From the NCBI RefSeq assembly GCF_000010625.1, contig NC_010296.1, positions 2,100,001-2,132,000 on the forward strand: DNA of 32,000 bases, written 5' to 3'. Both the position numbers and the translations under genes were made by a program. Numbering within the stretch: the first letter of the stretch is position 1; the number at the start of each line of letters is the position of its first letter. Under the pieces are notes generated by a model. It was not told the origin of the DNA, did not search any database, and saw only the letters and a list, made by a program, of their open reading frames with translations. The stretch comes from Microcystis aeruginosa NIES-843. Its GTDB lineage: Bacteria; Cyanobacteriota; Cyanobacteriia; Cyanobacteriales; Microcystaceae. Below, in pieces: positions 25,110 to 32,000 of this stretch.

Positions 25110-25326
25110 TAGGGTTTGCGGCAAAAAGTTTTTCCTGGGGGCAGGGTGTGGGGTGTGGGGTGTGGGGTGTGGGGTTTTACCAGTTTTGAGGTGGCCAATT
25201 ACCTAATTTTCAGGGAAAAAGTGCCTAAATTTCCCCCCGATCACTCCCAGAGCCAGTACTTTTTGATTGACAAAAGGTCTAAAAGTCTTACCCAACAAGG
25301 TTTTTAGATTTATTCAGCCAGCCCTA
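25110..25326 (+). mobile_element. MITE-like repeat, copy B (full length, 217 bp)
   Basis: The ends are tagggtttgcgg and cagccagcccta, an imperfect TIR (9/12). It is flanked by TATA on both sides (25106..25109 and 25327..25330). It is collinear with copy A at 11299..11469. ORF 25116..25307 is an artefact. Confidence 0.75.
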
Positions 25327-25402
25327 TATAACTGTTTTGATCTTCTCTGCTTGGAGAAATTGCGATAAAATTAACGATCATAACGATCAATAAAAAAATT
25401 TT

Positions 25403-25837
25403 ATGGTTGTCACTGTTAATAATTCCCTGACACTAAGGGAATTTCTGCAATTACCAGAAACTAAACCCCGCAAGGAATTTATTGACGGTCAAATTATTCC
25501 TAAACCCATGCCCCAGGGTAAACATAGCACTATTCAAGGTGATTTAGTTCCAGCTATTAACGCCAGTCTAAAACCCCAACGAATTGCCCGTGCTTATCCC
25601 GAATTGCGTTGTACTTTTGGCAGTCGTTCTCTAGTTCCTGATGTTTCAGTTTTTCTCTGGGAAAATATTCCCCGCGATGCCGATGGAAAAGTATTAAATA
25701 ATTTTGCGATCGCTCCTGACTGGCTGATTGAAATTCTCTCTCCCGATCAAAATCAGACTAAATCAGTTATCAGTTATCAGTTATCAGTTATCAGTTATCA
25801 GTTATCAGATGTAAGTTTTAAGTTAAAACTCTTCTAG
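25403..25837 (+). pseudogene. Uma2-family (DUF820) putative endonuclease, C-terminal third replaced by a heptamer array
   Basis: The Uma2 core is typical up to its truncation: EFLQLPETKP, GQIIPKPMPQGKHSTIQ, PELRCTFGSRSLVPDVSVF, IAPDWLIEILSPDQ. The frame then runs into (TCAGTTA)6, giving SVISYQLSVISYQLS. It ends without the usual C-terminal beta-strands. Confidence 0.7.
25763..25808. repeat. Heptamer tandem array (TCAGTTA)x6.5, STRR-type
   Basis: Read directly. It is the reverse complement of the family at 19913..19950. Confidence 0.95.
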
Positions 25838-26045
25838 AGTAGTTATGATATATTAGCAAAAAATAATCGACGCAAGCTTTGCCAAGTAAGGCTCACCAGA
25901 ATTTGAAAAAGCAATTTTAATAAAAAAAGCTTTTTGCTTTGTTGGATTCCAGGCTATTTAAGGCTTTAGGCTCATTTAAACTACTAATTTGCTATAAGCA
26001 GTCTAGGAGAGCCTAAGTTAATTAATTAGGGAGGCACGATTATTT

Positions 26046-26110
26046 GTAGGATGGGTTGGCGGTAGCGTAACATGAGCGGGGGTTGGGTTTCATACTTCAA
26101 CCCAACCTAC
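26046..26110. repeat. Palindromic GTTGGGTT/AACCCAAC hairpin element
   Basis: The sequence is gtaggatgggttggcggtagcgtaacatgagcgggggttgggtttcatacttcaacccaacctac. The inner hairpin is gttgggtt-tcatacttc-aacccaac, and the outer gtagg / cctac ends are complementary. Confidence 0.6.
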
Positions 26111-26187
26111 GTTCATCTTATATTTAATTCCACCCACCTACTTAATTAGTTATTTATTTATTTATTTATTTATCTTCATCTTTATCC

Positions 26188-26229
26188 CTGATTACTGATT
26201 ACTGATTACTGATTACTGATTACTGATTA
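26188..26229. repeat. Heptamer tandem array (CTGATTA)x6, STRR-type
   Basis: Read directly. In the SDR gene sense it reads TAA TCAGTAA TCAGTAA..., so the SDR stop codon (26229..26227) is part of the first unit. Confidence 0.95.
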
Positions 26230-26886
26230 GGTGACACTTTGAAACAATTGGGGCCAATCGAGATTGGGAGCGTCTGGGGGGGCAACAATTTCGAGAATTT
26301 TATTGTTAGCGGCGGGATAAAATAGGGATTCTACGCAAACGGAAGCCACTTTCGTGCGGGGAATATTGCCCTCAGACAGGGTATCGGCGGATGACATTTT
26401 AAGGGCATTAAGATTATCATCGTTTTTGAGGCCGCCGGGGCGCACAATCGTGTAGGTTAAGCCACTATTGATTAAATAGTCCTCCGCTTGTTTTTTCCAG
26501 AATAAAATTAACCAAAAGAGATTGAGGGGATGGAAAAAGTTAGATACACAGAGGGAAGTAACGAGAACAAAATGCTCGATTCCTTTCTTTTTTGCGGCAT
26601 CGATGAGATTTTTAGTTCCCAAGTAGTCCACTAACAAAGGTTCCGTGGGATTAAAACTCGGTCTGGCTCCCGTGGCGCATAGCAAAACGCTACAATCAGC
26701 GATGAGTGCCTCTAACTTATCGGCCTGTTGCACATCTCCGACGACGATTTCTACCCCTGCGGGCAAAATTTCCGCCGCTTTCTCTGGGTTTCTCACCAAA
26801 GCGCGGACGGGAATCTGACGTTCGACTAATTGGGCAACAATTCGCCGTCCCGTTTCCCCCGTGGCTCCTGCTACAAATGCTTTCAT
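26227..26886 (-). CDS. NAD(P)H-binding atypical short-chain dehydrogenase/reductase family protein
   Basis: The Rossmann N-terminus reads MKAFVAGATGETGRRIVAQLV. The layout resembles the NmrA/TIC62-like NAD(P)-binding family: VRALVRNPEKA, VLLCATGARP, HFVLVTSL, YTIVRPGGL. Confidence 0.85.
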   Translation of the reverse strand: MKAFVAGATGETGRRIVAQLVERQIPVRALVRNPEKAAEILPAGVEIVVGDVQQADKLEALIADCSVLLCATGARPSFNPTEPLLVDYLGTKNLIDAAKKKGIEHFVLVTSLCVSNFFHPLNLFWLILFWKKQAEDYLINSGLTYTIVRPGGLKNDDNLNALKMSSADTLSEGNIPRTKVASVCVESLFYPAANNKILEIVAPPDAPNLDWPQLFQSVT

Positions 26887-27010
26887 CGCTTCTTGACCTA
26901 ATAGTTTTTAACAATACGTTACACTAATCTCGATTCTACAAATTTCCCTGATCCTTTGGCGGTTAATCCCCAAATGTTTCTAGTACTATCATTTGCCAGG
27001 TTTATAAGTC

Positions 27011-27715
27011 ATGCAGCGTCCCCTCATTAACTCCCTAGCTCGCGAATCTGTAGAAGTCAAAGAAGACAATCAATTTCTCGGTTTTCAAACCCGTTTTGCC
27101 GGAGCCATGGATATGTATAGCAATCAGGACAAGGTTGCCGATTATCTGGGCGCTCACGAAGGTTGGTTTTGTCGTTGTGCCGAACCGATGAAAACTCTGC
27201 CCTTCGGTGAGAATGGTTATATTATCACCATCGGTAAATATGGAGCTTTTGGCTATGAACTGGAGCCGAAAATCGCTGTGGTTCTGGAGCTGCCCGTCAA
27301 TGGAGTCTATCATACTCGCAGTGTTCCCATTCCCGATCAACCGTTTTTAGGCTATCTAGTGGATTATCAGGCAATTATGAAACTAGAGGAAATGCCCCTA
27401 TCTTCTCCTAGTCGGGAAATAGAGGCAATTTTTCGGCAACAGGGACGGGATATTCCGGCGGTTATCACCCAAGTCACCTGGGAACTGCGTATGGATGTTA
27501 TGGTTAAGTTTCCCAAGTTTATTTATAAGATTCCCCGTCCCATTCTCCAAAAAACCGGTGATAAACTGTTGACGCAAATTGTTCGCCAAGTTTCCCCCCG
27601 CTTAACCTACAAAGTTCAAGAGGATTTTCACTCTAGCTTTAATTTACCCCTACCCCCTGCCTCCAGTCGTCTTTTCTATCGTCTGGACTCCTGTGAGGGT
27701 GGGTTGCTTGCCTAG
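27011..27715 (+). CDS. Conserved hypothetical protein (possibly DUF1997 family)
   Basis: It is a 234-aa ATG-initiated ORF with host-like composition. The family assignment comes from memory of cyanobacterial DUF1997 proteins and is unverified. Confidence 0.65.
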   Translation: MQRPLINSLARESVEVKEDNQFLGFQTRFAGAMDMYSNQDKVADYLGAHEGWFCRCAEPMKTLPFGENGYIITIGKYGAFGYELEPKIAVVLELPVNGVYHTRSVPIPDQPFLGYLVDYQAIMKLEEMPLSSPSREIEAIFRQQGRDIPAVITQVTWELRMDVMVKFPKFIYKIPRPILQKTGDKLLTQIVRQVSPRLTYKVQEDFHSSFNLPLPPASSRLFYRLDSCEGGLLA

Positions 27716-27867
27716 GGTTTGGGGGGCCTGTCAACAGTAAGCAGTAGAGCTTGCTGATGGGAAACCAAGGAAAAATAAAGATTTGCTAACGGTGCTGGTC
27801 AGTCTAAGCTAGAATTATTAAGAAATGTTTACTTGTAAAAATAAACCTAAGACTACTTCAATATTTT

Positions 27868-29661
27868 ATGTCTCTGCCTATCCGTAACGTTGCTATCATT
27901 GCTCACGTTGACCACGGGAAAACCACCCTCGTCGATGCACTCCTCAAACAGTCGGGAATCTTTCGAGAAGGGGAAGATGTACCCACCTGCGTCATGGATT
28001 CCAATGACCTCGAAAGAGAACGCGGTATCACCATTCTGGCCAAAAACACCGCCGTTCGTTACCAAGACACCCTGATTAACATCGTCGATACTCCCGGTCA
28101 CGCCGACTTTGGTGGCGAAGTGGAACGGGTTTTAGGTATGGTGGACGGTTGTATCCTGATTGTCGATGCTAACGAGGGGCCGATGCCCCAAACCCGTTTT
28201 GTGCTGAAAAAAGCCCTAGAAAAGGGATTAAGACCGATTGTCGTGGTTAATAAAATCGATCGCCCTAACGTCGATCCTAACCTAGCCGTGGACAAAGTTT
28301 TCGATCTGTTTGTGGAACTGGGTGCCGATGACGACCAATGTGATTTTACTACTCTGTTCGCTTCCGGGATGCAAGGATTCGCCAAAGAAAGCCTCGAAGA
28401 CGAAGACAAAGATATGCAGCCCCTGTTTGAGGCGATTTTACACCACGTTCCACCACCGGCCGGGGACGTTAACAAACCCCTACAGCTGCAAGTAACCACC
28501 CTCGATTACTCGGAATACTTAGGACGCATCGTTATCGGCCGCATCCATAACGGCGTAATTAAAGCTGGTCAACAGGCAGCTTTAGTAAAGGATACGGGCG
28601 CGGTTGTCAAGGGTAAAATAACAAAACTTCTTGGTTTTGAAGGTCTTAAACGGGTGGAACTAAACGAGGCCAGCGCCGGTAATATCGTCGCCGTGGCTGG
28701 TTTTGCCGACGCTAACATCGGGGAAACCGTAACTTTAGCCGATGACCCGCAAGCTTTACCCCTAATTAAAGTCGATGAACCGACCCTACAAATGACCTTC
28801 TCGGTGAACGATTCTCCCTTTGCCGGTCAGGAAGGCACTTTTGTCACCTCGCGGCAAATTCGCGATCGTCTAATGCGAGAATTAGAAACTAACGTCGCCC
28901 TGCGGGTGGAAGAAAGTGATTCTGCCGAGAAATTCCTAGTTTCGGGACGGGGAGAACTGCATTTAGGCATTCTCATCGAAACCATGCGTCGGGAAGGCTA
29001 CGAATTCCAAGTATCGCAGCCGCAAGTTATCTACCGGGAAATTAACGGTCAACCCTGTGAACCCTACGAATACCTCGTTTTAGATGTACCCGAAGAAGCG
29101 GTGGGTTCCAGTATCGAACGTCTCGGCCAACGGAAAGGGGAAATGCAGGATATGCAGACGGGCAGCAATGGCCGTACTCAATTGGAATTCGTGATTCCGG
29201 CCCGAGGTTTAATCGGTTTCCGGGGCGAATTTATCCGTCTGAGTCGCGGTGAGGGGATTATGAACCATAGTTTTCTCGAATATCGTCCTTTCTCCGGGGA
29301 ATTGGCCACCCGTTACAATGGCGTGATTACTGCCTTTGAGGAAGGAGTGGCCACTTTCTACGCCCTCAAAAACGCCGAGGACCGGGGAGTATTCTTTATT
29401 ACTCCGGGGACAAAAGTGTATAAAAACATGATTATCGGCGAAAGCAACCGGCCTCAGGACGTGGAGATCAATATCTGCAAAACTAAACAGTTAACTAACC
29501 ATCGTTCCGCCACCGGGGATGAATTGGTTCAGTTACAATCCCCCGTGGATATGAGTCTCGAACGCGCCCTCGAATACATCGGACCGGATGAGTTGGTAGA
29601 AATTACCCCGAAATCGATCCGTCTGCGTAAATTACCGGTGAAAAAGTTAGCCAAACGTTAA
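27868..29661 (+). CDS. typA: Translational GTPase TypA/BipA
   Basis: G1-G4 motifs are present: [31 protein letters not shown]. The rest is full-length TypA-like sequence ([44 protein letters not shown]), 597 aa in all. Confidence 0.97.
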   Translation: MSLPIRNVAIIAHVDHGKTTLVDALLKQSGIFREGEDVPTCVMDSNDLERERGITILAKNTAVRYQDTLINIVDTPGHADFGGEVERVLGMVDGCILIVDANEGPMPQTRFVLKKALEKGLRPIVVVNKIDRPNVDPNLAVDKVFDLFVELGADDDQCDFTTLFASGMQGFAKESLEDEDKDMQPLFEAILHHVPPPAGDVNKPLQLQVTTLDYSEYLGRIVIGRIHNGVIKAGQQAALVKDTGAVVKGKITKLLGFEGLKRVELNEASAGNIVAVAGFADANIGETVTLADDPQALPLIKVDEPTLQMTFSVNDSPFAGQEGTFVTSRQIRDRLMRELETNVALRVEESDSAEKFLVSGRGELHLGILIETMRREGYEFQVSQPQVIYREINGQPCEPYEYLVLDVPEEAVGSSIERLGQRKGEMQDMQTGSNGRTQLEFVIPARGLIGFRGEFIRLSRGEGIMNHSFLEYRPFSGELATRYNGVITAFEEGVATFYALKNAEDRGVFFITPGTKVYKNMIIGESNRPQDVEINICKTKQLTNHRSATGDELVQLQSPVDMSLERALEYIGPDELVEITPKSIRLRKLPVKKLAKR

Positions 29662-29773
29662 TCGGTTTTGACAAAATCCGGCGGCAATATCTAACAAAGA
29701 AATCCACTCAGATTTTCAACAAAACTGAGATGATAGAAAAAAGTGCCTTGAGTTTGAGGGTAAAGAATCTGCT

Positions 29774-30766
29774 GTGAGCTATTCTGCTACTTTGATGCGA
29801 CATCCGATGTTTCCCGCCGCGTCGGACAGCAATCGTCTTCGTCTCTTTTCGGGATCCGCTAATGTATCTCTTGCCCAAGAGGTGGCCCGTTATCTGGGCA
29901 TGGATGTGGGTCCGATGATTCGTAAACGTTTCGCCGATGGTGAATTGTACATCCAGATTCAGGAATCGATCCGGGGCTGTGATGTCTATTTAATTCAACC
30001 CTGTTGCAATCCCGTCAACGATCATTTGATGGAATTGTTGATCATGATTGATGCCTGTCGTCGTGCTTCTGCCCGACAAATTACCGCCGTAATTCCCTAT
30101 TATGGTTATGCTCGCGCCGATCGCAAAACCGCCGGCCGGGAATCGATCGCCGCTAAACTGGTGGCTAATCTGATCACGGAAGCGGGGGCAAGTCGCGTGT
30201 TGGCCATGGATTTGCATTCGGCCCAAATTCAAGGTTATTTCGATATTCCCTTCGATCACGTTTACGGTTCCCCAGTGGTGGTGGACTATCTTCTCAGTAA
30301 ACAATTACCCGATATCGTCGTGGTTTCTCCCGATGTGGGTGGGGTGGCCAGGGCGCGGGCTTTTGCCAAAAAACTCAATGATGCTCCCCTAGCAATTATT
30401 GATAAACGCCGGCAAACCCATAATGTGGCGGAAGTGATGAACTTGATCGGCGATGTTAAGGATAAAACGGCGGTTTTAGTCGATGATATGATCGATACGG
30501 CCGGTACGATCGCTCAAGGGGCGCAGTTACTGAAAGCCAAGGGGGCGCGACAGGTTTATGCTTGTGCCACCCATCCGGTTTTTTCTGGTCCTGCGATCGA
30601 GCGTTTATCCAGTGGCATAGTCGAGGAGGTGATCGTTACTAACACGATTCCCGTCCCCCAAGAACATCTTTTCCCGCAACTGAAAGTCTTGCCGGTTGCC
30701 CCGATTCTGGGTGAGGCCATATGGCGCATTCATGAGGACAATTCCGTGAGTAATATGTTCAAATAG
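29774..30766 (+). CDS. prs: Ribose-phosphate pyrophosphokinase (PRPP synthase)
   Basis: Matching segments are RLFSGSANVSLAQEVARYLG, RFADGELYIQIQESIRG, ITAVIPYYGYARADRK and the PRPP loop VLVDDMIDTAGT. The ORF opens at a GTG at 29774; in-frame ATGs at 29795 and 29807 are alternative starts. Confidence 0.95.
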   Translation: MSYSATLMRHPMFPAASDSNRLRLFSGSANVSLAQEVARYLGMDVGPMIRKRFADGELYIQIQESIRGCDVYLIQPCCNPVNDHLMELLIMIDACRRASARQITAVIPYYGYARADRKTAGRESIAAKLVANLITEAGASRVLAMDLHSAQIQGYFDIPFDHVYGSPVVVDYLLSKQLPDIVVVSPDVGGVARARAFAKKLNDAPLAIIDKRRQTHNVAEVMNLIGDVKDKTAVLVDDMIDTAGTIAQGAQLLKAKGARQVYACATHPVFSGPAIERLSSGIVEEVIVTNTIPVPQEHLFPQLKVLPVAPILGEAIWRIHEDNSVSNMFK

Positions 30767-30775
30767 ATGGCCGAA

Positions 30776-30801
30776 TCCCCCTAAAACTAGGGGGAATTTT
30801 T
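30776..30801 (+). terminator. Rho-independent terminator of prs
   Basis: It is a 7-bp GC-rich stem (cccccta-aaac-taggggg) followed by aattttta, starting 10 nt after the prs stop codon. Confidence 0.6.
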
Positions 30802-31040
30802 ATATTTAGCCCTTTTCTGTGGAAATGGGGTGGGTTAATGGCATTATCAACCACTCCATCTCGCAGAGAGAGGGGGAAGGTGTAGAGAGAGAATCGATCG
30901 GAAAATTAAATATAGCAATTCTTAAACTTCACTGGTTATTTCACAGTCTTGCCGTACAATGGAGATGCAGAACAGTTCTTCCGATAGTTATTGTGTTCTA
31001 TTAGCTAAAAACGCTTAATATAGGAGATAAATAGCCTAAA

Positions 31041-31856
31041 ATGTCCAAAGTGGTCGATATTAACAATCCACTGATCGATCCAACTCCTCCAGAGGTTCAC
31101 TTAACTAATGCACCTCTAGTGTGTGTGCTTGGACAAGTACGGTTCCCACAAATTCTGGCCGTTGAGGATAGGAAATTTGTGACTCCATTTCAGGAAGCTA
31201 TTAGAACAAAGTATCCTAAGTTACGGCAGGAACGAACTTATCAATTAACTTTTGATAATCAAGAAAAAGATGCCGTCAGATCTCAAGCTGAGGTTATCTG
31301 GCAATTTACAGATGCCAATAATCATTGGCGAGTCTCATTAGCGTCTAATTTTGTAGCCTTAGACACATCAAAGTATGTCAGTCGTCAGGACTTTTTAGAG
31401 CGAATGAGAGAAGTTTTAACTGCGGTTAATGAACATATTCAACCCAACCTTGTTGAGCGAATCGGTATTAGATATGTTGATCGTATTGAGGGTATTGATG
31501 TAGGGAATATTTCTAATTTAGTCAGATCAGAACTGATAAATATCACCGCGTCAACATTTCAAGAACATATTCTTCAAAGTTATAATGAATCTCTGTTTCA
31601 GTTACCTAATACCCAAGGGACACTTGTAGCAAGATGGGGATTGATTCCCAGTAACGCTACTTTTGATCCAAATGTCCTTGAACCGATTGATCAACCGAGT
31701 TGGTTTCTTGATTTAGATATGTCTATTTCAGAGAATCAAGAATTTGACGTTGAAAAAATTTTAGAGGATGCAAAACGATTTTCTGAAAGAATTTATACTT
31801 TTTTTAGATGGTCAGTAACCGAAGAATTTCTAAGACGCTTTGGAGGTGAACAATGA
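31041..31856 (+). CDS. TIGR04255-like family protein (function unknown)
   Basis: 271 aa. The N-terminal NAPLVCVLGQVRFPQI pattern and the central RIGIRYVDRI resemble the TIGR04255 family as I remember it. TAGGAG lies 15 nt upstream of the start. Confidence 0.7.
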   Translation: MSKVVDINNPLIDPTPPEVHLTNAPLVCVLGQVRFPQILAVEDRKFVTPFQEAIRTKYPKLRQERTYQLTFDNQEKDAVRSQAEVIWQFTDANNHWRVSLASNFVALDTSKYVSRQDFLERMREVLTAVNEHIQPNLVERIGIRYVDRIEGIDVGNISNLVRSELINITASTFQEHILQSYNESLFQLPNTQGTLVARWGLIPSNATFDPNVLEPIDQPSWFLDLDMSISENQEFDVEKILEDAKRFSERIYTFFRWSVTEEFLRRFGGEQ

Positions 31857-32000
31857 GTAACTTAGTGATTGAACGTTCAAATACTTTTGGCTCAATCAAT
31901 CCTCAAAAACGATTTAGAATGATTCCTGGTATTGCGGAATCCAGTACCATTGGCTATGATAATCTTGCCGCTCAAAAGTTACTAGCGATTTCAGAAAGAA
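31853..32000 (+). CDS. Unknown protein, 5' part only (runs off the right edge)
   Basis: My own reading. The ATG at 31853 overlaps the upstream stop codon (caATGAgt). The frame stays open for 49 codons to the window end (MSNLVIERSNTFGSINPQKRFRMIPGIAESSTIGYDNLAAQKLLAISER). Confidence 0.45.
   Translation, partial: MSNLVIERSNTFGSINPQKRFRMIPGIAESSTIGYDNLAAQKLLAISER

Noticed and set aside
26046-26110. tRNA-like appearance of the GTTGGGTT hairpin element
   Set aside because: It folds as one long imperfect palindrome, not a cloverleaf. There is no acceptor/T-arm geometry, no anticodon loop and no GTTC-type T-loop.
1683-26229. Possibility that the many short tandem arrays are CRISPR arrays
   Set aside because: The units are 7-8 nt and lie head-to-tail with no unique spacers. 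No repeat of 24-40 nt separated by similar-sized variable spacers occurs anywhere in the window, and no cas genes are present.
27853-28499. Antisense and overlapping ORFs within typA (27853..28101, 28098..28499, 27890..28075, 28310..28495)
   Set aside because: The typA frame is unambiguous, with GTPase motifs over its full length. The others lack motifs and are typical shadow ORFs.
30819-31004. 61-aa ORF between prs and the TIGR04255-like gene
   Set aside because: It lies in the spacer right after the prs terminator, starts without a plausible RBS and has no recognisable features. The region more likely holds the promoter of the downstream gene.

Overview
The window looks like a cyanobacterial chromosome segment. 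Evidence: HIP1 octamers (GCGATCGC) at 13623, 17762, 18311, 18812, 21108, 21991 and 25706; a psb27 gene; heptamer STRR-type arrays. The repeat style resembles Microcystis, but that is inference only. All calls rest on reading the sequence and recognising motifs; no searches were run.

Conserved genes:
- LCP-family envelope protein (100..1488, -)
- NlpC/P60 peptidase (1983..2660, +)
- RND/AcrB-type efflux permease with no partner genes nearby (2807..5911, +)
- mutS2 (17248..19617, -)
- psb27 (19954..20355, -)
- CHASE3 histidine kinase (20883..22247, -) and a divergent OmpR-type regulator (23725..24417, +)
- atypical SDR (26227..26886, -)
- typA/bipA (27868..29661, +)
- prs (29774..30766, +)

Accessory content:
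- An IS pile-up at 7100..11470: a decayed TnpB-only IS200/IS605 element, then an intact IS630 element with a TA duplication, then an intact ISAs1 element with a 10-bp duplication, then a MITE-like repeat.
- A roughly 1750-aa RTX/Calx-beta exoprotein gene (11499..16745, -). It contains about 4.6 tandem units of 516-519 bp, with perfect repeat blocks of 344 and 413 bp.
- A second, intact TnpB element (about 22377..23716) inserted between the kinase and the regulator.
- A histidine-kinase remnant cut by a MITE, and a Uma2 gene whose C-terminus is replaced by a heptamer array.
- A TIGR04255-like gene with an overlapping downstream ORF at the right edge.

Best leads:
1. The intact TnpB element ends 8 nt before the regulator start codon, so its predicted omegaRNA guide would be the regulator's initiation region.
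2. The giant exoprotein gene with repeat units that look concertedly evolved.
3. Eleven-bp periodic direct repeats just downstream of the regulator gene.
4. (TCAGTWA)n arrays placed at gene 3' ends with a fixed polarity.
5. G4T4 and GGGGTGT arrays bracketing the RND gene.

The left boundaries of the IS200/IS605 elements, the omegaRNA 5' ends and the promoter calls are approximate.
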